A stretch of DNA of 64,000 bases from NCBI RefSeq assembly GCF_006345805.1, contig NC_043010.1:65162001-65226000 (forward strand), in the 5' to 3' direction. The translations under genes and the position numbers were made by a program. The stretch's first letter is position 1, and every line of letters begins with the position of its first letter. The stretch is from Octopus sinensis. Lineage: Eukaryota. The notes beneath the pieces are model-generated. The model made no database searches and was not told the origin of the DNA. It was given only the letters and a program-made list of their open reading frames with translations. Positions 34,415 through 56,338 of the stretch are shown here, one piece after another.

Positions 34415-36329
34415 TGTGTAGGAGTGAATCATTTTAGAGATCTCTCATAATAAGTTTTACATCTTATGAAATAAGAAATGATGTATGCAAAACAATTACT
34501 TGTTTGTTGGATAACGAAAACAAGAGCCTCGCGGGAATTCTTTGTTTCTCTCAAAGGAAAAGGAAAACCATTTCAAGAAGATAATAATTCGTCTCTCAAA
34601 ATTAATTTACATGCTACGAGGCAGGCGTCATCTTTGTTTACACATATAGGCCAACTATGAGCATTATTTGGTAATAATACCTTATGCTAATTACAGCCGC
34701 CAAAATTAATTCGGACCACTTTTTCTTCCCGAAATGTCAATGTTAATTCGTCAGGAACCCTTAGAAAGGATGCGCTAAATTTATGGTTTTCAACAAACGA
34801 AAATATGGCTCTCCTTGCCTATAAATAAATGGCTGAGGTTTTTCTTTCCTACACAAGTCAATTAACTATGAAATGTTAATATTGATATCTTAGAATTATT
34901 ACAGCTTTTTTTGAGACTATGCTACAATTAGCGATAAATTCATTTTTATTGTCTCCAACTAAGACTAATCACTATTTTTCTTACTATTGTGTGTATACAG
35001 CATTAAGTATATCGCCGGTTAACATAGTTATCTAAATTTATGTCATTTAATCTTTTGAGTCATTGCTCTTATTCACATTTTTCTTAATTATATATCTTAC
35101 AGTATTTTATGTGCTGATTTATTACAATCAGTCTCCTTTGCCCCTCTCTCCATTTTCAATATTTTGTCTATATATTTCTCACTTTTTTATCGTTTCTTAT
35201 ATTAAATCAACCCACTTGATATCCTACATTTTAATATTATATAACATTTGACATTCCTACAATTTCGAGAGGTAACGTTCAGCTACTTCGAAACAGCGAC
35301 AATGTTTTAATACAAACCAATTCACGTAGCACAGTTATCCTCTCAATTGATACACCACCGCTTCATTTACCATTTCTCCTGGCTCTATCCATACAAGGAT
35401 GGTAGCTTCTTTCATATAATGTTGCTGTCATTTCAGTTAATAGTATCCTTCACTTCAAAGATAACTGGAGTCTTCCTAATTCACATACTATGGTGCCATG
35501 ATTACTGAAATATCTCGCCTCTCATCTCAATAAGTATACAATTGTTGCCCTTTCTATCCATATACCCTTGATATCCATCGCATTTATACACAGTGTGTAT
35601 CCTCGCCGATCAGAATTATATCCCATGCGTTCTTCACAAGTCATATACTGACGCTTTCCTCTCAGATCATACACTTCAAATGTTTCTGTCTTTAGTGTTA
35701 ATGATCTCTCCATTCATCCATAACTCTTGCTTTCTCGATTCGTGGACATGCAGTTGGTGTCAATATCGTTGCTTAGATCAAGAAAATATTGATCAGTAAT
35801 ATTTTAATTTAGTCAACCACATTTTGCCTGGGGCTCAGCAAAAAAAAACCTCCTGTAATATAAGTATAAATAATCTAGTCTGAGATCAACAGCAGATGCT
35901 TATATATAAATATATATATATATGTATAAATCAATATAATCTTGTAATTTTTTGTGTAATCTGTATAAATGAAGTTATGATTATAAACTCTGGTCAGTCA
36001 TGCGAATTAATAAATTTATCTATATCTATAAACGTTGATGTTTGTCATTTTATCCTAAACACGTCCCTAAACACCAAAATTATCTCGAAATAATACATGG
36101 CTAAAACAGGGATTACTCGAGAAAACAGATGGCGAAAAACTGATAATTTTAATGAAATGGTAAGCTCTACACTTCTCTCTTTTTCACTCTATATTTTTCT
36201 CTCTTTCGCATACACAACAACCCCATACCGCCCCCATAAACGCGAACGCACATTTTACCATTCCTCTCTCTCACGCAACATTGTACAGTCTGAATATTTC
36301 ATTTTCAATTTTTTTTGTACAAGGGTAAC

Positions 36330-36930
36330 AATTTAGGTGGGTGGGGTGATCAATTACACCGATCTCAGTGCTCACTACTATTTATTTTATCAAATCCGAA
36401 ACGAAGAAGTGCAAGGTCACCATCGGCTGAATTTGAACTCAAAATGTAGGGAGTGAAAAGTAATCCTGCTATGCATTCTGTCACTGCTCTAAAAAACTGC
36501 TCGCTCGACGCTCCATTCACCACACTAATAATGGTTTCAAATTTCGGCACAAGGCCAGAAATTTAATTGGAAGGGCAAGTCTATTAAATATTTTATCGCC
36601 TCCGAAAGAATGAAAGGCATCGTTGACCTCGGCAGAATTTGAACTCAAAGCGTAAAGACGGAGGAAATCTGACGATTCTGCCAGATCCCCACCTTATTCA
36701 CCACCCTAATAATATTTTCTACTAAAAGCACAAGTCCTGAAACTTGGGGAGGGGACTAGTCGATTACATCGACCCCAATGTTTCACTGGCACTTAGTTTA
36801 TCGACCCCGAAAGGATGAAAGACATAATCGTCTTCGGCGGAATTTCACTTCAGAACGTAGCGATGGATGAAACACCGATAAACATTTCGTCCAGACTGGT
36901 AACAATTCTACCAGCTCGCTGCCTTATTCC
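36330..36930 (-). mobile_element. Cluster of tRNA-derived SINE remnants
   Basis: Repeated gaatttgaactc and cgaaaggatgaaag cores. Confidence 0.7.
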
Positions 36931-37699
36931 CCACACTAATATTGATCCCACATTCACAAGGCCTCGCTCACCATTCTAATAATCATTGACATCACATAAA
37001 TATCACTAGTTACAATGTTATGCATACGACATGAGGAACGTGTCTATAAGACCGAATTATTTTTACTGATGTTTATTTTAAGGACACCGCAATGATTAAA
37101 AAGAGAAAATAAAAGTTGTCCGGCAGCGATACTTGCAGCGAAGCACTGCAACGAATTCAACCTAATACTCTACCCTTTCTTCATCTGCCAGCTCTTCGCA
37201 ACATAATTATTATAAATATTGACATTCATAAAAGAAACAATTCTATCAAAGATATTAATGGAACAAAATCGTCTTCAGTATTTCTTCTTTTATTATATCA
37301 CAATTGGTAGACGTGTACATTGAAGAAAGATGTAATTATGTAAGTCATTGTTCAGTTGAAGTGCGTAGGTTCGAAACATAAAAGACTTTTTTTCATAATG
37401 AGATCAAGTTATGTTTCCTCAGGTGATATTCAAGTGTTGTCTCCGTTAGTGTAAAATCTTCGACTTCGAGGCCTTCCGATGCGCCCGTCTTACTTTGGAT
37501 CTTGTAGTATTTATTAGATTTATGTTATTTAGTGGCAGGGTATGTTTGTTGGATTGCTATGAGTGGTTGTGGATGGCTGTTTTGGTATCGGCTGATCACT
37601 GATCTCAAAAATATCCGCTAATGATTTTTCCCGCTGAATGCCGTATATAATTGTTTTTAATTCAGGCAGGAGGTCAGTATTTTTTATGGTACTAATTTA

Positions 37700-38560
37700 G
37701 TACATCGCACCCAGTACTGGACTGGCACACTAATTTTTCCACTCCGGAGCGAGGAAAGACTAAGTTGACCGCTAGCGGAATTTGGTCTCAGAGTATGAAC
37801 TCGGAAGAAAAGCTGCTTTCACAATATTGCCAGCGCGCCACGGTGATTATAATAATAATAATTTTTTATAATATAGGTACAAGGCATTAAGGCGGTGAGC
37901 TGGCAGAAACGTTAGCAGAAATGCTTTGCGGTATTTCGTCTGCCGCTACGTTCTTAGTTCCGCCGAGGTCGACATTGCCTTTCATCCTTTCGGGGTCAAT
38001 TAAATAAGTACCAGTTACGCACTAGGGTTGATATAATCGACTTAATCCGTTTGTCTGTCCTTGTTTGTGCCCTCTATGTTTAGTTCCTTGTGGGCAATAA
38101 AGAAAGAAGAAACGTTTGCACGCCGGTCGAAATGCTTTGCGGTATCTTCTCTGTCTTTAGTTCTGATTGCAAATTCCTCCGAGGTTGACTTTGCCTTTCA
38201 TCCTTTCAGGGTCAATAAATTAAGTAGCAGTTGCGTACTGGGAACGATCTAATCCACTGGATCCCTCCCCCTAAATTTCGGGCCTCCTACCTAGAGCAGA
38301 AAAGAATAATTAGCACGCCGGGAAAATGTGCCTTTCATTTTTGTGGGGTGGAGTCTATAAGATAAGTATCGGCCAAGAACTGAGGGGTCGATGTAATCAA
38401 CGTACCTCTCTCCAGAGATTGCTGGCCTTGTGTCAAAATTTGAAATCAATAAAGGTACAAGGTTTAAAATTTAGGGTAGGGAACGAGTCGATTACATCGA
38501 CCCAGACCTTCTATTGCCACATTATTTTGTCCACTTCGGAAAGACGAAAAGCAAAATTGA
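37700..38560. mobile_element. Cluster of tRNA-derived SINEs in both orientations
   Basis: aaggcggtgagctggcagaaacgttagc at 37889; ttcatcctttcggggtc cores. Confidence 0.75.
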
Positions 38561-39178
38561 CGTTTGCATGCGCGTGCGCCCTAACACACACACATACATA
38601 TGTAGATGCATACGCACACAGACACAAAAGACGTAGGGTCACGATTGGAACATCATTTACTTGAGATTTCCAAGTTCAAGGACCCAGCGATAATCTATAT
38701 ATGGTTTGGGTTTCTGTCACTAAATAAATCCGAAAGTCAGTCCAAGTCTATACACGGTAGGGGAGTGGCTATAATGCTCCTTAAGACGGCTCTGTTCATT
38801 TGTCTGCACAATCAGGGCTTACCTGGCGAGTCAGAAAAGGAACCGCTCTCTGGTTACGCGACCTGTTGTACTTAGAAGATAAATCTTTCTGAAAGCACAC
38901 ACTACTGTCGTTAATAGGCCACAGGATATATTAGATAATAATGTAGTACTGGATGTAGTGTCTGAAATAAACGGTATTTGATCTTACAGGTATCTGCATA
39001 ATCAAGGTTGATTTAGAGCTAAACAACTGTACTATCCAAAACTACCACTACTGCCACCACCACCACCACCACCACCACTGTCATCCCCACTTCAACTGCT
39101 ATCACATCCTATACCGTTTGGGTGTTAAGTACAACTGTATAGTTAAAAGGTTTATGAGATCTCGGGAATTCCGGTTTA

Positions 39179-39546
39179 ATCCTACATCGAGCAAGTGTCT
39201 CCTATCAGAGCGTCATGTTAGCCAGAGTGTACTCAGTGAAACTTTTATAGAAACACCCTCAGTGGGATCGCCTTGAATTGACTGATTCCGTTTTTAAACG
39301 TTTCGATCCAGCTGTCTCTCCTACCCCACCGTCAAGTACCTTTTGTAGAATCCTCATTAGGTTCAGGCGTGCCGTTTGAAGATCGTTTAAAGTATTTTCT
39401 CTCATCGGGGAGGAAAGGGAAAATTGTGATTCGTGCGTTGTCCTTCCTGCATTCTGTACGAGCTATGACAAAAATAATTAAAAAAATATCCACCCTCAAA
39501 ACATTAGTATCATTCACAAAATACTAGTTATTAACAATAGTAATCT

Positions 39547-39613
<67 letters not shown>

Positions 39614-41695
39614 GTATAAAAGATGTCCCGAAATTAAGGTAACCGAATTTTCGGGCTTTAATAACTATCAGTAGATGTAATAAGATATGAAAATTACATA
39701 TTATAAAAGATTAGTGTATCTTCTTTTCTCTTCAGACTAAATATATTCACATCTATAAACTAGGTAATGTCTGTAGACCAAAATACAAACATAACCTCCG
39801 CAAAAGGAACGAAACTAATACATCCATAGCAAAAGGGCTTAAAATTAACCGAGGAACACTTTGGAAAATTGTGAAGAAATTTCAAGAGACTAAAGGAATC
39901 CAACGTTAAACTAGCATCTGCTTGGCAACAGAAATAATACAAAATCACTTGGAAAAAATAAAAGGTAAAACCTTGCAGTAAGTTAAGTCAGATTAACAAA
40001 CAAAACTGTTCATACCTATCTAGCAACGGCAAATGTCAAGTCCTTGAGATTATATATATATATTGATAGAAATGGTAAGACAACAAAAGAAAGAAAGAGA
40101 CCTCTATATTATGTAAATAGAGGAATTTATCTGTGAATGAAATATGTGACATGTATTCGGTAGCTATGATACAACTCCGAGTTTTATCATGGCTACCGAA
40201 TAATTGTCAATGACTAAGAATTCTAGAAAATTTATAATTGCCTGAACAGAGTGAAGAGGCAACATACACTTTGGAGAAAGTGAAAGCGTGAAAGAGAAAA
40301 AAGGGAGGTTGTGTGCAAGAGTGAAAGAGAGAGAGAAAAAAGATAGAGGGAGTGAAAGTGAGAGAGAGAAAGAAGAAGAAAACCTCCATAAAACAATGGT
40401 TCCCAAGCTGACAAATATCACACCTTCGCAAATAAGAAGTGACATTTGTTATTGCCAACGCCTTTACGATAGGCTTTACTTCCAAAAAATGTTTCATTCT
40501 TCCAAATATAAAACTATATTAATTTCATTCGGCATGATTATTTGTCTGACCCCGTTCCAATCCTCAAACACACACACACAAGTTAAAATAACGTATAGTA
40601 AGTAAATGCAAAAACGTAAAACTGACACTGGATGGCAAGTTAAGAAACAGTAAATGCACAGACGAACGGAAACAGACACAGAAGGTCCCCAACTCGTCAT
40701 CAGTTATCGGCCAGAGTGTCAAACGCAATTTCGTGCCTGCTTTTGTATGATTGCATATAGAAGAATATAACAATCAATGAAATTCCAACCTAGTCTGATT
40801 TTCACGGTTTATTATTTGCAATATTATAATAATAGAATATTATATATTTGTTGTGATAAAACTAGTACTTTAATGCGTTACGCAAACATCAGGTTTATTG
40901 AGTAGTTGTGACAGTCGTGTTCCACTATTGACAACTCTAGTGAAATTATTGAATTTGTCCTTTAAATACCTTCCGATTGGTTCCAGCAGGTTGAATCTTA
41001 CAAAGTGCATTTTGATTAATCAGTATGTAGCTTAGATGTCATAGTTTGGTGAGCGCGCCAACTAAATTCTAACTGTATTTCGACCAATCAGTATTTGACT
41101 CAGATTTCATGGTTTGGTAACTTGGTTAGCATTTATCCCGCTTTTGACAACGAAATATTTTAGCCAATTGTTGAGCGGGTCAGACGTTACGGATTGGTGG
41201 GCACGTCGTGGTTAGACGTCACGGCTTGATGGGCACTAATAGTGTTAACTATATTAATATTAACTTGACTGAACCTTGACCGCACCTAAAAACGAAATTT
41301 TACGTTTCAGTGAAGTTAATATTAATATAGTTAACACTATCAGCATCGTCTCCGTCACCTTTATTATTGCTGCTGTTAGTGGTGGTTGTGGTGGGAGTAA
41401 TAGTAGCAGCAGTAGCAGCAATTATCATTATTATTATTATCATTATCATGGCCATAATTATTTCATGTACTCTCGAAAGTTCACAAAATTCATACATACA
41501 CACACTGCGTCTGTTATGTATGGATGTATGTCTTCATATGTGCACCTGTGTGAAGTGAGGTATGTGTGTGTATATGGTCACGTGTTTCAGTCTTCATTTG
41601 CTGGTGCACGTGTGTATGTGTGCGTGTCTGTTCATATTACCTATGTACCTATCTATCTGTATGTCGATCTGTTTATATTCATATCCATTTATGCT

Positions 41696-41727
<32 letters not shown>

Positions 41728-44318
41728 TATATGTATGTATGTATGTATCTATGTATCTATGTATGTATGTATGTATGTATGTATCTATGTATGTATCTAC
41801 GTATGTTTGTCATTAATCAGTTTTATTTCAGGATTTCTTTCGAATAGAGAAACAATCGGATTCCAACCTTGATTCAGAGCTTCCTTGGAATTTCAATATC
41901 AACAAGGTTGTGTGTGTATGTATATGTGTGTATGTGTGTATGTATGTATGTATGTATGTATGTATGTGTGTGTGTATGTATGTATGTATGTGTGTGAGTG
42001 TGTGTGTGTGTGTGCATGTATCTGTATTGCTTTCTAACCTAGATCCAAGGAACCGTCACTGGAATTTTAACATTACCAACGGGTTTTTTGCATGTATGTA
42101 TGTATGTATGTATGTATGTATGTATGTATGTATGTATGTATGTATATGTGTGTGTGTGTGTGTATGTATGTATATATGTATATATTTATGTTTGCATGTA
42201 TGTTCGTATGTGTGTATACGCGCAGATTTGTATATTTGGTTTTATGTATGTATTCTCGTGCATATATTTGCATATCTAGACATGTTCATATATATTTAAA
42301 TGATAAACTCTTGGAAAGTTTTACAGATATTTAGAGTTCTAGTGACTGGTTGGATCTGTACTCTTCGAATTAGCCTTTTCGTTTCTGATATTGAGAAGCC
42401 TAGTTCCCCATGATTGGTCTTTAAGCAGGGTGTTACATATCCCGTGGTCCCAATAGTTACAGTCATAAACCTGAACAAGTAATCTGGATAAAGTAACTGC
42501 AGATTTCTCAATAAGTCAACATAGATATTCTCTTTTTCAGTGATCTTCAGCTTTATGCTAATATCTGCTGGGCAGCTAATTTCTACAACTTCTCAATCTC
42601 AAGTTATTATATCAGGCCTGAGATTTGCACTGGGCCATTCCACCAATGCTCCTTTTTATTATGAGTTGCTATGGCTTCTACCACACTGTGGGTTCTTATT
42701 TCTGTGTCCTCGTGGTTATTCTTCTAATGGATTTCATTATAGATTGTCCTCTCTACATCATGTCTCATCAGTAGATAATACTGTGATGACATTTTTGGAA
42801 AACTGCTTAAATTGTGGGTGATGTCTTCGGTGTTAAGTCCACAAAGTCTACATCGGTTGTCACATTTTATTGTCTTCCCTGCATCTGTATCCCTTTTGTG
42901 CATCAGGTATTTGGTTGATACCTTCTGTGCATCAAGCATTTGGCGTTTGCATGCATATATGTGTGTGTCTGCTGTCTGTCTGTATGTATGTATGTATACA
43001 TGACCTATCAAGAAAGGAATTCCAGTTATACCCATCCCGTATGTTCAGTAATCATAGGTTACAATAGATTAAATTTTCTGGTCTTCTTCCTACTTGTTAG
43101 AAAAAATAGATTCTCGTTTCAAGGAGAGCATGCAGCAATTTCTTGAAAAACATGCGATTGTGTAAAGTATCTCTCTTTGACTGGTATGTGAGAAACAGAG
43201 AGAGAGAGAGAGAGAGTTTGTGTGTGTGCGCCTGCGTGCGTGTATGTGCTGTGTGTGTGTGTGCTTGGTGATTGCACGAACAACAGTAAGAAGGGAGTGT
43301 TCTGAAAAGTAGACCAAAACATTCCGATTATTATCTACTAATATAAATGCAGGCTGCAGCGACGTATATCGGAAGCCATCAGAGTTACTACTATCTCCAT
43401 TTGACAATTGGTGAAGGGAGTGTCACACAATGTAACTTATATGGAAAGCACAATACTTTATAAACACATGGAGCGCTCACTTACTCAGATATTCAAGTCT
43501 AGTAGTATAATCTTTCAATAGTTTTACCACTATTATGTGCCTGCATAAGGGCGGCGAGCACACAAGGCAAAATGCTTAGCGGCATTTCCCCCGTCATTAC
43601 CATTCTAAGTTCAAATTCCGCCCAAAGTTGAGTTTGCGTTTATCTTTTCGTGGTCAATAAAACAAGTACCACTTGAGTATTGTGGTAGAAGTAATCGATT
43701 TAACCCTCCTCACCCGAACTTGGTGGCCTTGTGCCAAAGTTTGAAATAAATATTCTTTTACACTCTAGGCACAAGGACCGAAATTTGAGGTGATGAAGGC
43801 CAGTCGATTAGATTGACCCCAGTACGCAATAGGCACATAATTTATAGATCCCGAAAGGAGGAAAAGCAAAGTCAACCTGTGCGGAATTTGAACTCAGAAA
43901 GTAAAGACACGAAATACTGCTAAGCATTTCGCCCGGCGTGTAAGGGTTTCTGCCAGCCTACCGCCTTAGCTTCAAATAAATATCATTTCCAGTCTCATCA
44001 CTGATTGATCTGTTTAAATGTGTAGCCGTTCCAGTGTACAGCCAGTTTAGCGATTTAAAGGACACACGGCAACTGTTCAATTCACTTTCCATGTATAATG
44101 TATACGTACAAACGATCGAGCGCGTGTGTGTACATTATGTGTGTGTGTGTATATGTGTATGTGTACAACTTTAATATAGATAGATTGATTGATAGATTAA
44201 ACAGATAGTCTATCCATTACTGAGTCAGAATATACCTATCCTCAAAATGCGGTGCTTAACTTTGACTCGCTAAGTATTCGCTACTACCGTATCTATACAT
44301 GCACATATACATAAATAC

Positions 44319-44378
<60 letters not shown>

Positions 44379-44418
44379 CTATACACACACACACGCATAC
44401 ATACATGCACACATACAC

Positions 44419-44510
<92 letters not shown>
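39179..44510 (+). repeat. Segmental duplication block A, copy 2 (lacks the mariner, CR1, hairpin element and inverted duplication)
   Basis: See block A copy 1. Confidence 0.93.
42390..42960 (-). mobile_element. Decayed restriction-like-endonuclease non-LTR (R4/R2-like) fragment
   Basis: The - strand reads KYLMHKRDTDAGKTIKCDNRCRLCGLNTEDITHNLSS...MRHDV (CCHC region). Only ~8380-8460 remains in copy 1. Confidence 0.65.
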
Positions 44511-44516
<6 letters not shown>

Positions 44517-45029
44517 CGAGAAAGAAGCAACAAGAATGGATAGGTTTTTAGTACAATCGTTTCATACAAGGACAGGCTTTATTAAAAGTTGTAAAAATTA
44601 CAGCATATAAACGTGTCCCGTACTCATCAGCTAAAATACATGTGAGTTCTCTATGTAATCCCTCATCATACATACTCATGAGTATGTAATCCCTCATCAT
44701 ATTTCTGGAAATTCATATGTGCTCTATGGATTAGGTCACCTTCTCTGTGATGCTATTAGAACTTTTTTAAAATTCTGTGATAAGACTGTACATCATCTTT
44801 AAAGAACTTTAATGAACTTTGGAAATCTGTTTATGTTACTTAATTATCTACATTACTTCATGAGTATAGCCTCAACCACTAGGATGTCTAGAGAACTCAC
44901 ATGTATTTTAGCTGATGAGTACGGACACGTTTATATGCTGTAATTTTTACAACTTTTAATAAAGCCTGTCCTTGTATGAAACGATTGTACTAAAAACCTA
45001 TCCATTCTTGTTGCTTCTTCTCACTTATA
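44511..45029. repeat. Foldback with ~142-bp arms (44511-44653 / 44889-45029), probably an inverted PLE pLTR
   Basis: Arms are near-perfect reverse complements. Each carries agCTGATGAGTAC-gg(g)acacgtttatatGCT, a degenerate minimal hammerhead. Abuts (TA)n. Confidence 0.8.
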
Positions 45030-45149
45030 ATCACCCCACATTACTGTATTGTTAAAACAGTATAGTTTTCTTTTGGTGCATCTAAGTTAGGTACCATATT
45101 CAAGTAAATTCATTTAAATTAACTTGAATCTTTATTGCTTTTTGTATAT

Positions 45150-45480
45150 ATATATATATATATATCACCGTGATCACCGTGACCGACCAGGCTATCAGAT
45201 GTCGCCGTCCCGCTGGCTAAGCGAGCAGGCCAACAGAAAAAAGAGCGAGAGAAAGTTGTGGCGAAAGAGTACAGCAGGGATTGCCAACCCCCCCCCCCTG
45301 CCGGAGAAATGTTGTTGTTAGTGGCAGAGGTCCTAGCAGTAAAAATATTTAGCTTGGGTTGGAATTTATTAATAAAGTTCTTTTCTCTGGTTTTTCTCTC
45401 GATTTCATTTGCAATGTGTAATTTTTGGAATGGAAATATTATTAAGATTTTCTGACCACATGTTGCTTGATGGTTACTCA
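45150..45480 (-). mobile_element. Penelope GIY-YIG C-terminus and 3' end
   Basis: SNHQATCGQKILIIFPFQKLHIANEIERKTREKNFINKFQPKLN parallels the 10718 ORF (FPFYQC...KETFFIEKYKPRLN). Ends at (TA)n at ~45145. Confidence 0.75.
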
Positions 45481-46225
45481 AGGTATCTGACGGACATCCG
45501 GTCTCTCATTTGCTGTCGATGCACACGTGAACGTTCTGACGCCACTGCCAAACAAATCTGACACCTCTACCATCACCACCTTGCCCCGACTGCTACGAAA
45601 AAGCAACAACAACGCCGCAGCAACAACAACAACCGCAGCTGCAGCAGCAACAACAACACTAAAGCTTCGACAGGAGTGAAAAATAAGCAGCACAGCTACA
45701 ATATAAATGATTTCTTCCCCGTCAGCAAGTAGCTTGGCTATTTCGGTCAACGATATGAACATCGTCATAAACAACAGCGCCGCTTTGGCTCCGACAACAT
45801 TAACAACGACAGAAACAGCATCAGCAGCAAAAATGATATAGTCAACAACTACAATAACAGCAAAAAAAAAAACAACTCCTTTGCAGGAGTAACAAAATTG
45901 CAGGAGAAAATCTTCCAGGGAGGAAAACATGCGTTCCTGAGTGAAGCATAAAAACTCCTCAAAAGAGGGGAAAGGAAAACCAAGCTTGCTTCCCTTAGTA
46001 TTTAATGAAGAAGACGGCCAGAGACACAAATAAGAAAGAAGAAAGCAAAAGATCACTGATGCGGTCACAGGAGTGTGACGAAAGAACTCTGGCCGAAATG
46101 AGATTAAGTTTAATGTAAAAAATAAATAACACAGAAGGAAAGTAACACCAAATATATAGTGCGTGTGTTTTTATTGGCTAAACTGGCGAAATGACCATTC
46201 CTAAATACAACAATATAAATATATG

Positions 46226-46299
<74 letters not shown>

Positions 46300-46301
<2 letters not shown>

Positions 46302-46655
46302 ATAATAAATATTAGGGAATAAATCCAAATTTACAGGGAAAAATCAGATTTAGGATTGAATCCAATTTTATAGTAAAATATTATATAATATTAATTAGAG
46401 ACAAAACCACTATTATGCAAATCAAACAAAGAAAGACTTAATCCAATACATAAAAAATTGTATATAAATTAAATAAAATTAAATTAGCCACTACAATTGT
46501 TTCGTGTCTCTTCTAAGGACATTCATCAGTTGGTTTTCAGACCTTCTATTCAATTTTAGTGGCTAATTTAATTTTATTTAATTTATATAAAATTTTTTAT
46601 GTATTGGATTAAGTCTTTCTTTGTTTGATTTGCATAATAGTGGTTTTGTCTCTAA

Positions 46656-46668
<13 letters not shown>
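46300..46668 (-). mobile_element. PLE pLTR-like unit with inverted partial copy (arms 46382-46499 / 46551-46668), inside (TA)n
   Basis: Arms are near-perfect reverse complements; a hammerhead spans the inner end of the left arm and the spacer; (TA)n on both sides. Confidence 0.75.
46488..46533 (-). ncRNA. Minimal type I hammerhead ribozyme (PLE-type), slightly degenerate
   Basis: The - strand reads ccaa CUGAUGA auguc cuuagaaga gacac GAAA caauug UA gugg: intact core, palindromic stem III and a GUA cleavage triplet. Two stem mismatches are next to the core. Confidence 0.7.
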
Positions 46669-46711
<43 letters not shown>

Positions 46712-47162
46712 CGTACATGATGCATAGTTTTCTCATAATTTTTTACAAGTAATTTTATTGATTTATTTATGTAAATTTATATGTATATTTATTTCGTTGT
46801 GTGCTTTAAATTATGCTTTGGAATTTGTGTTGATTCCTTAGATACGCTCCTTCTATCAATTCTCTTATCCTTCGCTTTAACTCGCAATGAGCACTTCTTA
46901 ATACAGCCCATATATAGTGAAGTATGCTTAAAATCATACTTTATAAGAAAATTCAATTTTTTCATATGTATACATACACATATGCATTCACACATGTATG
47001 CATGCACACACAAGTATGCATATACCTATTCATACATGCACACACATACATAGATAACTGTGTATCCATATACATTTATGTATACATGCATATATATACA
47101 CGCATACATATAGACTCACACCGCCATACACACATAGATAGATAGATAGATAAATAGATAGT

Positions 47163-47204
<42 letters not shown>

Positions 47205-48139
47205 TACATACCCATACACACACCCAGATATACCACCTTCGATATGTAACGGATATACTCACCTATATACAGAGTCATATAAATGATTAAATAAATAACG
47301 TCTCATGGGCAGACTATTGTAGGGCATGAAACGGGTAAATGTACACTGTGTTCAGTTTAAACAGATATATAATACATAAGTTAAGATAGAGTCACGAAGC
47401 AGCGGAAGTAAAATAAACTATATCCGCAGCAGATTTGTAGGGCTTCATATTTGAGATCTATATGATTTGAGGTGCACATGTGTCCTAATAAATTTGGAAT
47501 AGTGGTTTCATATATAGGGGACACCTATCGGAAATGAAAACAACGAATCGGAGAAATATATGTGGATGTAATAACATCTGAAATAAAAATTATTTAAATT
47601 ATTATCAAAGATCTGGTGAAAATGAATAATGAAAAACATGAAGTTATAATATCGTTATAAGCTCATGTTATATCTGTATTAAGTATCTAAACCTACGTGA
47701 GCGGTTTAAGTTAAGTCGTGAAGGGGCGTGTGTTATATAAAAATATATAAATTACGTTACATAATTAAAAGCAGAAGTAGAGATTTAAATAAAAACATCT
47801 AGAGAGGAAAATACATATGGGGTGAAATGAATAAGAATTAAAGAATACTATAATACTCATGTAGGATCAGGTGAAATGTGAAAAAAAACTATAAATTACA
47901 AAATCTACAATACATAAATATATTTAGTTCGTGAGGCTGAAACCTGGAAAAGAATGATAGGAAGGCAGGCATCAAGTAGACTAAGATAAATAAGAAAAGT
48001 GGTAGAATATAATTTATAGAAAAAAATATTGGAAAAAATTATATATTCTAGAATTTTGGGAACTGAATTTAGAATGGTGGAACGAATTGAACATGGAAGG
48101 TCAATGGTGAAACCAAAAAGCATGAGTGTGAAGAATAAG

Positions 48140-48225
48140 TCGATAAGAGCTTCTTCTTCTTCTTCTTCTTCTTCTTCTTCTTCTTCTTCTTCTTCTTCTT
48201 CTTCTTCTTCTTCTTCTTCTCTTCC

Positions 48226-48289
<64 letters not shown>

Positions 48290-48290
48290 C
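48140..48290. repeat. (CTT)n followed by (TTA)n trinucleotide microsatellite
   Basis: Directly visible; source of the poly-S/Y/R/I ORFs. Confidence 0.97.
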
Positions 48291-48581
48291 ATTACTCTTC
48301 TCCCTCTTCTACTTCAATTTCGTCTTCTGATCGTTTTCCTCCAGCATCCTTCCTTTCTCTCTTCTATCATTATACGTATTCCCCCTCTTGATTCCCCCAC
48401 CCCCGTCACATAATATCTACCCCACATACTCATCCGCATCAACGCTTACTTTTTTTTTTTTATCTCCTCCCGATAATTTCCTAACAACAAGATCTGACCA
48501 ACAAACAGCACACCTTTCGTGAAAGTCTGATGAGTGATTCTCCAACGTCTAAAGCGCAAATATTATTCTCTTTTTTTATTC

Positions 48582-56015
<7,434 letters not shown>

Positions 56016-56043
56016 ATACGTACATACATATACACACACACAT

Positions 56044-56081
<38 letters not shown>

Positions 56082-56293
56082 CAATGATAAATATCAAAGT
56101 GAGTTATATACAGTAGCGGTAACACATCGTGACGTATTTTTGCCATTTCAATATGGCTAACCCCTAAGGGTGGATGCTACTGTAGTTTTTAGCCCCAGGA
56201 GGACACACTCCTCCAGCTGGCCATAGACACACATTCTGTGTCCTGTCAGTATTTGCAAAGGGAAGTCATCCTTCCCGCCTTCAACTTATGATA

Positions 56294-56338
56294 CACACGG
56301 ACTCGAGTTTCGAGGTATTGACCTCTCGTCAGCGTGTG
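56294..56338 (-). ncRNA. Minimal type I hammerhead ribozyme, structurally perfect copy
   Basis: The - strand reads cacacg CUGACGA GAGG ucaaua CCUC GAAA CUCGAG UC cgugug: 6-bp stem I, 4-bp stem II, palindromic stem III and a GUC cleavage site. Confidence 0.9.

Noticed and set aside
35340-35800. Possible RTE LINE C-terminal relic on the - strand (MRWISRV similar to LRWFGHV)
   Set aside because: Too decayed to support by eye.
45478-46068. 196-aa - strand ORF rich in V/A/L
   Set aside because: Driven by (CAA/CAG)n-like repeats read antisense; no domain or splice support.
48520-48560. ctgatgag motif, and similar CUGAUGA hits at ~4155 (-), ~59875 (+), ~60350 (-) and ~60970 (-)
   Set aside because: No correctly spaced stem II plus GAAA, so not called hammerheads.
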